NCBI GenBank assembly: GCA_951406725.2
Contig: OX597819.1
Coordinates: forward strand, 97,340,001-97,404,000
DNA: 64,000 nucleotides
Source: Octopus vulgaris
Lineage: Eukaryota
Direction: 5' to 3'
Shown here: piece by piece, positions 12,931 to 23,830 of the stretch
How the letters are laid out: every line of letters starts with the position of its first letter
Numbering within the stretch: the stretch's first letter is position 1
Program-made: the position numbers and the translations under genes
The notes under the pieces: generated by a model
The model's input: only the letters and a program-made list of their open reading frames with translations
Told to the model about the DNA's origin: nothing
Databases searched by the model: none

Positions 12931-14534
12931 TTCAACAAGAAATTACAAAACTGTCTTTCTCAACCTCAAGGAACTACCATTATATATCTTGTAAGGCATT
13001 TGGGACACCTTTCTTCATCTCTGTTGTCACTGATTACTCTGAGCTTTCCATGCCAGTGGCCTTGTTATTTCTCTCAGCTCATTTTTGTTTTCACTATGAC
13101 ATTACCTGAGGCCATAAATGTTCTTTATTATTATTATTTTTTTTTTGTATATGTCTAAGTTTTACATTTGATTGAAGTCAAAGTAGGACAAGACTGTACT
13201 GTTATACTGTTATTTAAAATTCAGAGGAAAATGTATCAGATCTTAGTAACTAAAGGAAAGCACAGATAATCATCTACATTTTGGCAGACAAATGGCAGGC
13301 TGAGAGAGCAATGCAATCATCTAATTGGAGTTAACATACAATTGAATTGTTGAGTTTTTAGTCCTATAAATGCATAACTGTTTGTAATACTCCTATAATT
13401 AAAATGACACTCCTATAATTAAAATGATTCTATATATAGAATCAAATAACTCTCATAAAAAGGGATTCCTCAGTTTTATTTGTTGAACTAAACAAATAGA
13501 TACTATATAGTTAAACCAGAGTGAAAAAAATATTGATTCCATTCACAATAGATTCCTTCTTCCTTTCCACAGTTGACAAGTTAGTGTATATTCACAATAG
13601 CTCTGATCAAACTAGCATAATAAAACTCAATAAATATGCAAAAGTTTGTTTATGGAAGGGTAAAACCAGAACAAATATAATCAATAGTATGACACCATGT
13701 TGTTAACAGCTTCAAATGCATAAAATAAAACAAGAGATATAATTATAAACATTTCACATTTTAGTTTTTATCCCCTTTAAACTCATACATACCCATACAA
13801 AATGCACATTTTTTCAATTAGCTGGCAATGTTTACAAGAAAAATAACTAAACATACTGCATTATTTATTATTATCATTATTGTCAAAAGTAGCAGCATCG
13901 ACAAGTACAAGGTGTGGCCTTTACAGAGAGACTTTAAACAATTTATAAGAAAGGTTGTTACATGCAAGTGAACATCAAGTAGATCATCTCTTAGCAACTG
14001 AGAGTAGAGCTGTCTTCACTATAAACCACCACTCTAAATGTACACAATTACTATTCTACAAGAGAATTACAGAATATTAAGATGCTGCAAACCTCAGCTT
14101 CTTCTTTGGAAATAAACAGATCTCAGTAGAAAACAATATACTGAATAAAATAGTGGAATAGCTGGTCGTGTTTACAGGAGATTATTTCTTTGAGCTAACA
14201 TTATTTTATTTCTATGAGATTATTTATGATGTAGTTTTACAGTTTACACCTTTCAGCTGCACATGAAACAAAACTGAAGCCTAAATAAAGGAAAAAAACA
14301 TTTCAAATTAAATAAAAAATGCTATTACCAGGAATGTAACATAAAGGATTCCAAAGACTCAGTCTTCAGTGAAGTGACAGATTAATGATAATACTTTATC
14401 CTTAATAAAATTGCTTTAAGTGATGACCTTATGAAAATAGTAAGATTACGAAACACCTCTCACACAGTAGACATAGTGATATAATATTAATGCATAGAGA
14501 GTTTAAAATGAAGGACGTCACACAATATATTACA

Positions 14535-14830
14535 ATGATATCACACTAAATATGAAAAGAGGAAGGAGAGTGATGTCACACTGTATATGGGAGAAGAGAG
14601 AGAGGAAGGACAGTTATATCATACGATATATGAAGAGAGAGAGCGAGGAGAGTGATATCACACTATGTATGGGGAAGGAGAGAGAAGTAAAACAGACAGG
14701 CCATAATATCATACCATATATAGGGAAATACAATTGAACAGTAATGATATCATACAATGTATGGGGAGAGCTAGTACCTAAAGAATAGTATATATGAAGA
14801 AGAGCTGATGAACAATGTTATATCCTAAAG
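14535..14830. repeat. Degenerate ~40-bp minisatellite (agtgatatcacactgtatatggggagagagag)
   Basis: About 6-7 recurrences of gatatca(c/t)ac..tatatg followed by a purine run. Confidence 0.65.
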
Positions 14831-15462
14831 AGAAACTTTATTTTTACTCTCATATAACTTCATTTATAAAACAATCACTAAATATATCTCTAATAATTCA
14901 AATCATCTGCTACACTCTTAAACAGGAAGATATTGTATAATGTAATCCAAATATATAATACTTGAAAATTAGCTGAGGTGGTCATGGCTAGAACATTGTT
15001 GATGTTAGACTCAAGACAGACCTAGGGCTAGATAACAACCAAGTTTTTCCTTCCTATTTAGTAATACTAAACAATTTTCTCTTCCTCTCTGTCACACAAC
15101 ATTTCAATTGAAAAAAAAAAGACATAAACATAAAGACACACAAGAAAAGTTTAAAGCCAAGTTATGTGAAAAGTTATATTTTTATTATATATTACTTAAC
15201 CTTTTCGATATTTACTCCACTTAAAACAAGGTACCACTTTAACCAACGCTAAGCTTTCTATTAAGCCATGAAGTATGTGTCTTAGCAGTCAACTGAATAA
15301 TGTCAAGTGTACAACTTTTCAAACTTTTCAGTAATCTTTACCTTTACAACAAAACTATTATTTCTTTTGCCATTTTAGTTTCATTAATATATGGAAGATA
15401 AGAAAAACAAGAGAGCCAAACCAAAGTGAACAGTGATTGTTATAGTTCATAAGGCTGTTATT

Positions 15463-15885
15463 GAGGAGGAGGAGGAGGAAGAAAATGAAGAAGAGGGAGA
15501 AAAGGAGGAAGAAAAGGAAGAGGAGAAAGGAGAGGGAGAAGAGGAAAAGGAAAAAGAAGGGGAGGAAGAAAATGAAAAAGAGGGAGAAAAGGAAGAGGAG
15601 GAATGGAAAGAAGAAGAGGAAGAGGAAGGGGAGGAAGAAAATGAAGAAGAGGAAAAAATGAAGAAGAGGAAGAAAAGGAAGAAGGGAGGAAGAAGTAGAA
15701 GAAGAGGTAGAAGAAGAAGAAGAGGTAGAAGAAGAAGAAGTAGAAGAAGTAGAAGAAGAAGAAGAGGTAGAAGAAGAAGAAGAAGAAGAAGAAGAAGTGG
15801 AAGAAGAAGAAGAGGCAAGAGGAGGGAAGGAAGAAGAAGGGGCTGGAGGAGGGGAGGATAGGAAGAAGTGGGGGGAGGAGAAGAA
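15463..15885. repeat. Polypurine (GAG/GAA)n low-complexity tract
   Basis: About 420 bp almost purely A/G on the plus strand. Confidence 0.95.
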
Positions 15886-16029
15886 ATGTTATTGTACAAA
15901 TTACAGACAACATTACAAGGATTACAACTTATCATAAAAGGGTGAAAGGAAAGGAGAAAGCAACGATAAGCAAAAGCATAATGCACAGGATAAAACACAA
16001 GAAGACAGAAAAGTAACCAGTAAAAAAAG

Positions 16030-16385
16030 CCATAAAGAGGAAATGGTGCATAGGCATGTCAGGAGTAATGTTGGCAAATTTTGGAAAGCATGAAATTTTT
16101 GTACTGTCTTGACAGCGAACAACTGATGCTGGTAGTTTATTCTATCCCTCAACAATTCTGGGTATGAAAAAAATGTCTTCAAATGTCATGAGTACTGCAC
16201 TGATTTCTGATTTTATAAGTATGTCCATGGATGGTGGAGATATTGAATTCAAAAAGGTGACCAAAGCTGTTGTTAAAAATATAGTAGAAAATCTTGTGGG
16301 CTTCTATCAAGTCAGCTGCAATGGTCTTCAACAAGATCCATATAAGATATTTGGGGGTTCATGCAACAAAATAGTAAATTAAGGA
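16030..16385 (-). mobile_element. CR1/L2-like LINE 3' fragment
   Basis: Minus strand reads AADLIEAHKIF and NKLPASVVRC; homologous to ~44400-44670. Confidence 0.6.
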
Positions 16386-16404
16386 CCCACAATAGAATTT
16401 TAAG

Positions 16405-16668
16405 CATGGCTGTGGAGTCGGAGTTGTAAACTATTAAGGGGTAGTCAGAGTTGGTAAAACTATATTGACTGACTCTGACTCACAATATCATTATTCTTTA
16501 ATATAAACCAGTTATAATTATACATATAGGCCTACTCGAAGTACAAGCATATACATATACTTTATGAGACATGTAGACTACAATCACTTAATTATATAAA
16601 GAGGAGTCGGCGGTGCCAATAGTAGAGGAGTCAGAGTCAAAGTATTTTGTTTTGACTCCACAGCTTTG
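16405..16668. mobile_element. hAT-type MITE, 264 bp, with 8-bp target-site duplication
   Basis: TIRs catggctgtggagtc / gactccacagctttg; internal GGAGTC repeats; TSD ATTTTAAG at 16397-16404 and 16669-16676. Confidence 0.88.
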
Positions 16669-17037
16669 ATTTTAAGGGCTACTTTAGATGCATGTATTGG
16701 TATGTATTGCAGAAACATCTAGGTTTCTTTCCCTAACATTTTATATGCTTCAACCTACACAAGTTTATGTGCAAAAAACAAAATAGGAATTTTGAAAGAA
16801 GTTTCTAATAAAACTAGTTTTTAAACATCGAATGACTTTGGGAATCCACAACAATAAAATAGCGATCAAATGGTTGACAACTCCTGTTTTAGTGCGTCCA
16901 ATGTTCAGTATGAACATCAATCTTGTATGAACTGTAAATAAGCAATAAATATTATGATTTGTAAAATAAGTATAACTGATACAGGGTGTCACATGTCAGT
17001 GTGGTGTGGAAGTTTGGTTTCATTTTTTAAGAATTTT

Positions 17038-17865
17038 AAGCATTCAAAGTATGAGTTCGTTGTACTAGGACAGACTTATGAAATATTGTGGAATGAAAAA
17101 TTTTTGTACTATCATAAAATTTGAACTTGAAAAATACAGAATTATTGTAGTTATGGGCATTCATAGTGTAATGAAATTTAATTGAAAACCCTGCATGCAT
17201 TGGCAGAATTTAGTTATTTGGAGATGCTGAAAAAATGTCTATTAATGCAATGTGTAAATTAATTACAGCAATATATATATAACTGTTTAGATAATGAATT
17301 AGAATAGACGAAGCATTCAAAGTATGAGTTCATTGTACTAAGACAAACTTATGAAATGTTGTGGAATGAAAAATTTTTGTACTATCATCATAAAATTTGA
17401 ACTTGAAAAATGCAGAATTATTGGAGTTATGGGCATTCATAGTGTAATGAAATTTAATTGAAAACCTTGCCTGCATTGGCAGAATTTAGTTATTTGGAGA
17501 TGCTGAAAAAATGTCTATTAATGCAATGTGTAAATTAATTACAGCAATATATATATAACTGTTTAGATAATGAATTAGAATAGACGAAGCATTCAAAGTA
17601 TGAGTTCATTGTACTAAGACAAACTTATGAAATGTTGTGGAATGAAAAATTTTTGTACTATCATCATAAAATTTGAACTTGAAAAATGCAGAATTATTGG
17701 AGTTATGGGCATTCATAGTGTAATGAAATTTAATTGAAAACCTTGCCTGCATTGGCAGAATTTAGTTATTTGGAGATGCTGAAAAAATGTCTATTAATGC
17801 AATGTGTAAATTAATTACAGCAATATGTATATAACTGTTTAGATAATGAATTAGAATAGACGAAG
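17038..17865. repeat. Tandem repeat, three units of 273/276/276 bp
   Basis: Units start at 17038, 17311 and 17587 (aagcattcaaagtatgagttc…). Units 2 and 3 are nearly identical; unit 1 lacks one CAT. Confidence 0.97.
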
Positions 17866-18940
17866 AATAATTGTTTTATTTTGTAAATATGAAACATAAT
17901 GAATCAGAAACTTATTTGAGATCACCGTTGTCACATTAGAGGAGATTGTGAAGTAGAAGCACCCAGTCTCTGACTCCTCATGGCATTTTAAAGGGAACTT
18001 TATGAAGGCTAATTTATTAAAGGTAATATATGAATGTAGTATATATGTATAGAAATATATGAATGAAGTGTTAAAAGAAAGTGCAATAATAACGTTCACA
18101 CTCATTGGTGGTCGCTGTCAGTAACTGCATTTAGCTTCTGGGAGTTCTTGTTTTTATAACTATCAAAAAGCAGCCAGAAGGATAGACATATTGTTGAGAA
18201 AAATGATTTCATTGGAGGTCTGCTATCTCCATTCCAGCCCCTGGTGGCCTAGAAAAGGTTAGAAGGGTCAAGTGGCAAAGACATTATTCTACTTAGCAGA
18301 AGCATCTGGGAAATGTATAACTGTTGTCATTCATAGAAAAACTATAGTTTTACCATGAGAAAAGCGCTGTTGAAGTGCTAAGTGAAATTTGGCAATCAAG
18401 GATTGAATCCACGCCATGTCTGCTTAAAGCCACTACAAATACGTTGTGGAAAAAAAATTATTTACTGTCATGGAGAAAGTGTAACTCTAAAAATGTAGAA
18501 TTATCGGAGTAAGTGGCATTCAGAAAAGTATGTATGTATAGAAATGTATGAATGAAGAGATTCAAATTAAGGAAGCGCAATAATAATGTTTAGCAGTTCT
18601 AAACTGTGAGTAGTGAAATGCAGAATTAGGTTAGCTGATCATTGGTTCAAAGTAATCAAACATAAACAATGAAATGGTTATTTCCCTTGAGTGTTTAAAA
18701 AAAATATTGTGTAGATGGTATGAGTTATTTCCCTTGGGTGTTTAAAAAAAATTAGTTTTATAAGGTATATATAAAAGACCCTTCCAGGGGTCGTATTATC
18801 GATTTTTTCAACAATCTAAGTACGTCACAAGGTTTCCAGACATGAGTTCTACCCATGTGTCAAGTTTCATCAAAATCAATATAACGATGTAGGAGGAGTT
18901 AGCTAACAACGCCACAAACAAACACGCACCAATTTTCCAC

Positions 18941-18974
<34 letters not shown>

Positions 18975-18977
<3 letters not shown>

Positions 18978-20085
18978 TTTAGTTTCAGTCATTTGACTGT
19001 GACCATACTGAAGCATCACCTTGAAGGGTTTTAGTCAAACAAATTGATACCAGAACTTATTTCTTAAGCCTAGAACTTATTCTATCAGTGTCTTTTGTCA
19101 AACTGCTCAGTTATGGGGGAATAAACATACCAGCATCAGTTGCCAGGCTATCAGATGTTGTTACACATTGCTTGTCACAATGAGCTTTACATTGTTTAAG
19201 CCTTCAAATGATGTCATCCCACTGGCTAGGTGAGCAGGCCAACATTCTCTCCACCTGATTGAAAGGGGGACAGGAGCAACATGAAATGAAGTGTTTTGCT
19301 CACTTTATCAACATTAAAAGTGCAAAATTGTAAAGATCTTTTGGATGTTGGAATGACGAGGAATTATCTATGAATTTTCTGTTTGTTATGTTTTTGTAAA
19401 ATTTTCTGTTTGTCATGTTTTTGTTAAATTTTTGAAGGCAGTGCTCCAGCATGGCTGCAATCAAGTGACTGAAACAAGTAAAAGAATATGTATAGGTGCA
19501 GAAGTGGCTGTGTGGTAAGTAGCTTGTTTATCAACCACATTGTTCTGGGTTCAGTCCCACTGCGTAACACCTTGGGCAAGTGTCTTCTACTATAGCCTCG
19601 AACCAACCAAAGCCTTGTGAATGGATTTGGTAGACAGAAACTGAAAGAAGCCCATCATATATATATATATGTGTGTGAGTGTGTGTGTGTTTCTGTGTCT
19701 TTGTTTGTGTTCCCCCCACACACAACATCGCTTGACAACTGATGCTGGTGTGTATGTCACCTGTAGCCTAGCAGTTCCGTAAAAAAGAGACCAATAGAAT
19801 AAGTACTAGGCTTACAAAGTATAAGTCCTGGGACGATTTGCTCAACTAAAGGTGGTGCTCTGGCATGGCTGCACTCAAATGACTGAAGCAAGTAAAAAGA
19901 ATAAAAAGAAAAAAATATATATGTATATACACAATGAGCTGCTTTCAGTTTCCGTCAACCAAATCCACTCACAAGGCTTTTGTGAGCTTTAGACAGTTGT
20001 CTAAGGCACTACACAGTGGAACTGAACCCAAAATCTTGTGGTTGGGAAGCAAGCTTCTTACCACACTGCCACACCTGTACCTACA
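18975..20085. mobile_element. Cluster of SINE family A copies (full plus-strand copy ~19494-19905; minus-strand pieces ~18975-19145 and ~19930-20083) plus a family B fragment
   Basis: Direct similarity to 5151-5520. Confidence 0.8.
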
Positions 20086-20534
20086 TATATATATATCATT
20101 GCTATTATGCTAAACTGTAGTGTGTCCAAATTTGACCAAATGCACTTTTTTTAATATTTATTTTTGCTTGCAATAGCCAGTACTTTTTGTCGAACTACTG
20201 TATCTCCAGCTGGTTCAGATGCCAAGATATCAAAAATTGTCAAAGTGTAGTACAACAATTTTGCTATGGAATGTTGAAACTAGTTTTTCATTTTATGGAA
20301 AAGCAATGTGTTGGACTTACATAATAGCAACGATATATCAAATGATAGCAGTCTCCTCCAACCAGAACACAGATGTGGCAGTGCATGTTGATACACATAC
20401 ATGGGTAGTAATAAAATACAAATAAAAAAATTGAAGGGATTTATTTTAAATGGTATTAGAAATATCATTTAAACTATTTGAATTGAGTCTCAATCCAGCA
20501 AAATAAATCACTTAAATAAATAATATAAAGGTCG

Positions 20535-20960
20535 AAATCGATCAAAAATCAATGGAAAATGTAGTTGTGATACCAGTGCCGGTGGCATGTAAAAGAACCA
20601 TCCGAACGTGGTCGTTGCCAGCGCCACCTTGACTGGCCTCCATGCCGGTGGCATGTAAAAAGCACCAACCGATCTTGGCCGTTGCCAGCCTCGCCTGGCA
20701 CGTAAAAAGCACCCACTACACTCACGGAGTGGTTGGCGTTAGGAAGGGCATCAAGCTGTAGAAAAAATGCCAGATCAGACTGGGCCTGGTGCAACCTCCT
20801 GGCTTCCCAGACCCCAGTCGAACCGTCCAGCCCATGCTAGCATGTAGAAACACTGCCAGATCAGACTGGGCCTGGTGCAACCTCCTGGCTTCCCAGACCC
20901 CAGTCGAACCGTCCAGCCCATGCTAGCATGGAAAGCGGACGTTAAATGATGATGATGATG
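20535..20960 (+). mobile_element. RTE-type LINE 3' UTR with an internal 86-bp tandem duplication
   Basis: Homologous to 29830-30336; 20757-20842 is duplicated at 20843-20928. Confidence 0.85.
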
Positions 20961-23654
20961 TCATCTATTTATAAAAGACCATAGATATATAATGAAAAGA
21001 ACAGTGAAGGAACAACAGTAAATGCCTAAAAATGTAACTTCTGACAGACAGTAGTGAACTTACTATAAATACAGATTGACTTCATCAGTCGACTGTTCTT
21101 CCACAGATATGCAAAGACAGAGCCCTAATGCACATTCTAGGTGTGTAGAATAAATTGACATCATCTCTAATGAACTGAGAATTAAGTAGTGGATTAAAAA
21201 TATATACAACATTGGTTTAAATTTTGAAAAGAAAAAAAAATGCTTTAGAACATAATAAAAGAAAAGAAAATCATACAATTACTTTCCCTCTCTTTGCAAA
21301 ACCACATTTGGTGTTGTAACAGCTAAAAGTAAACTGTAACATGACATTAGAAATGTATGATACAGTAACATCAAAGACAGGAGCAAACTTATGTAAATAA
21401 GAATCTTTATACAAATGGCACATATAGAGAGAAAAAGTGAGTTTTACATAATACTCTATTTACCTGATTGTTACAAGAGATTACAGGTGAAGAATAAGCT
21501 TTCTATTCCTATTTTCCCTAGTGGTATGATCTATAAAGGCAGACCAGTGACTTCAATGCTGAACATCTGGTACATCAGTGAAATGCTAAAGGTGAATGAG
21601 GTGGAGGTGGTGTCAATATTTATTTGAATTACTAAAAGGAATATGTTTACAATAAGAATGTTGTATGTGTGTAAAGCTATTTGAGATTGTAGTTTTTAAA
21701 GAGGTGTTCAAGAAAAACTGATAGCATGATTTAGGTAATGTGATAGTTTTTGAAAGTCTTATTTGGATCTAACAAATTCTAGAGAACATCAGCCACTATG
21801 ATGAAAGTGGAAACAAAGTAAAAAACATCTCTTGCAGAATATGAAACAAGTGAATCTGTGGGTCTCATGAAGACTTCAATGGTGGAAGAGTCAAAGATCT
21901 TGGTGATTGGGGTAATAATGGCTGATAGCACATTCCTAACAATTGTCAAGATTTCAAGACAAATATACTTAACTCGACTTTTAGCTAAGCTAAATATCAG
22001 ATACATGCTTTGGCTTATGTGAGAACCCATTATCAAAGATAAGGAGAGATTGTCACCTAGATAACTTATCATCTCTGTAATAACTTGTCTAAGCTTGTTC
22101 CATTCTTGACCATAATCAGACAATTGGAGAATATTCAGGATATCAAGGCTGGTCACTAGAATTGATAGGCTAGTGATCGGCATTCAAGAATTGATTCTTT
22201 CTAACTTACAATCAGGATCTCTTCCAACCAACCAATTCCAAGCTGATAAGGAAGCAACTTGATCTAGAGCTAGACCTAAAAACACTTGCACTTTTTTTCC
22301 TATTTTTTTGTAATAGTGTTGGTGGTAATTTATACATATTATTAATATTTGGTAGATTCATGTCATTCTCAACAGTGAACATTCAGCTGTTCAGCTGACT
22401 GAATTCCTACTCATGCAATTAACATGAGTGGCAGAGTACTCAACAAACAGGTGTATCACCCTTAATCAGCATGACACAGTGAAACAGGGCAGGACTTTTG
22501 AATTACATACACAATCTAGAGAGAAAAAAAGAATCAAACACAGTAATATGCTGATATTTCATTGACCCCACAAAAGAATAACAAGCAAAATTGATCTCAT
22601 GAGGAGTTTAACTTAGAATACAGAGATCCAGAATAAATACCACAAGGTATTTTATCTGACTACCAGTTCACCATCTTTACTAAAAAAATTTTCTTTCATC
22701 TTTTGTTTCTTTTAATCATTATTATAAGCAGTTATCAATATGCTTTACTTTTTACCTTTAAGAGAGAGAGAGACACACACACACAGCCACTATGTGACTG
22801 CTCAACTTGCTAAAAATGGTGACCAGATTTCCTAAAAATAGATCCTACTGTCTTGAAGAAAAAAAAACATTGGATAATTCAGTTCTATGTAAAAAGATGG
22901 GTTGATTATGGTTGGAATGATTAATTATTGTAGATGTGTTCAATCAGGGAAGACCTGCAATAAACAAAAATTTACTTGCTAACATTTTTCTTATTTCATT
23001 TTATTTTATAGTTTCCTCAAACATTATGAAGAAAAGGTTCAGTTTTGAAGCAAGGCAACTATCCACTGCTTACATATACAAGGAAAACTTTTGTTCCGTT
23101 GAAGTCTCCAAAACACTTCTAGCTTTAGCTTGTGTTTAGTTTCACTTAGTTTAGAGAGTACACATTTTCGTATCTGGTTTTCAATCTGGAGAACTAACAA
23201 TTTTGTCATTTCATGAATAGATCCTTGTCAATTCTATATCATTATGATTGACCATATCATAGTCAAACCTTTTACTTCAACCAAAACTCTTTGTCTTTAA
23301 AAATAGTAGAGAATGTTCAATAAGTCTACTGAACATCACATGCAATATTTACTCACCCCTCCTTCATGTTGGCTAATTATTTTCTTTTACAACTCTAAAT
23401 GAAATGATTTCTTATGTGCAACATCTTTGGGATGTTAAGTACATAGAAGCTAAGTAAAATATTTGCAATATGACTGAGGTATTACTGATGCCAAGAGAAA
23501 ACATCATGAAGATGCTGCTGTGGTGAGAAACTGATATTCATACAGTGCACAGGAATCACCTATGTACAGCAGAGATATTTCAGTTTTTTAGTACATGATT
23601 GTAACTAGTCAGTCGTAACTGATGGTGGTCATAAATCAGTGATCACAAAAGCTT

Positions 23655-23830
23655 GTAGGTTACTGATAGAGTGTAAGGATAGTTGCTCAAATTGGCAGGT
23701 TATTGATGGTGTGTAAAGATAGGCATAAGATTTGGTAGGTTAGTAATAGTAAGGATAGTCGCTAAAATTTGTAGATTAGTGATGGTGTGTAAGGATAGTT
23801 ACTGGAATTTGAATGTTGGTGATGTTATGG
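23655..23830. repeat. Degenerate ~36-40-bp minisatellite (gtaggttagtgatggtgtgtaaggatagttgct…)
   Basis: 4-5 recognisable units. Confidence 0.75.

Noticed and set aside
13389-13427. 20-bp tandem duplication
   Set aside because: Ordinary slippage event with no further structure.
15433-15998. Poly-E/R/K/L/S ORFs
   Set aside because: Translations of a GAA/GAG low-complexity tract; no splice or homology support.
21779-22183. 134-aa minus-strand ORF
   Set aside because: No recognisable domain, no similarity to PKA-RI and no convincing splice sites; possibly very old TE sequence.
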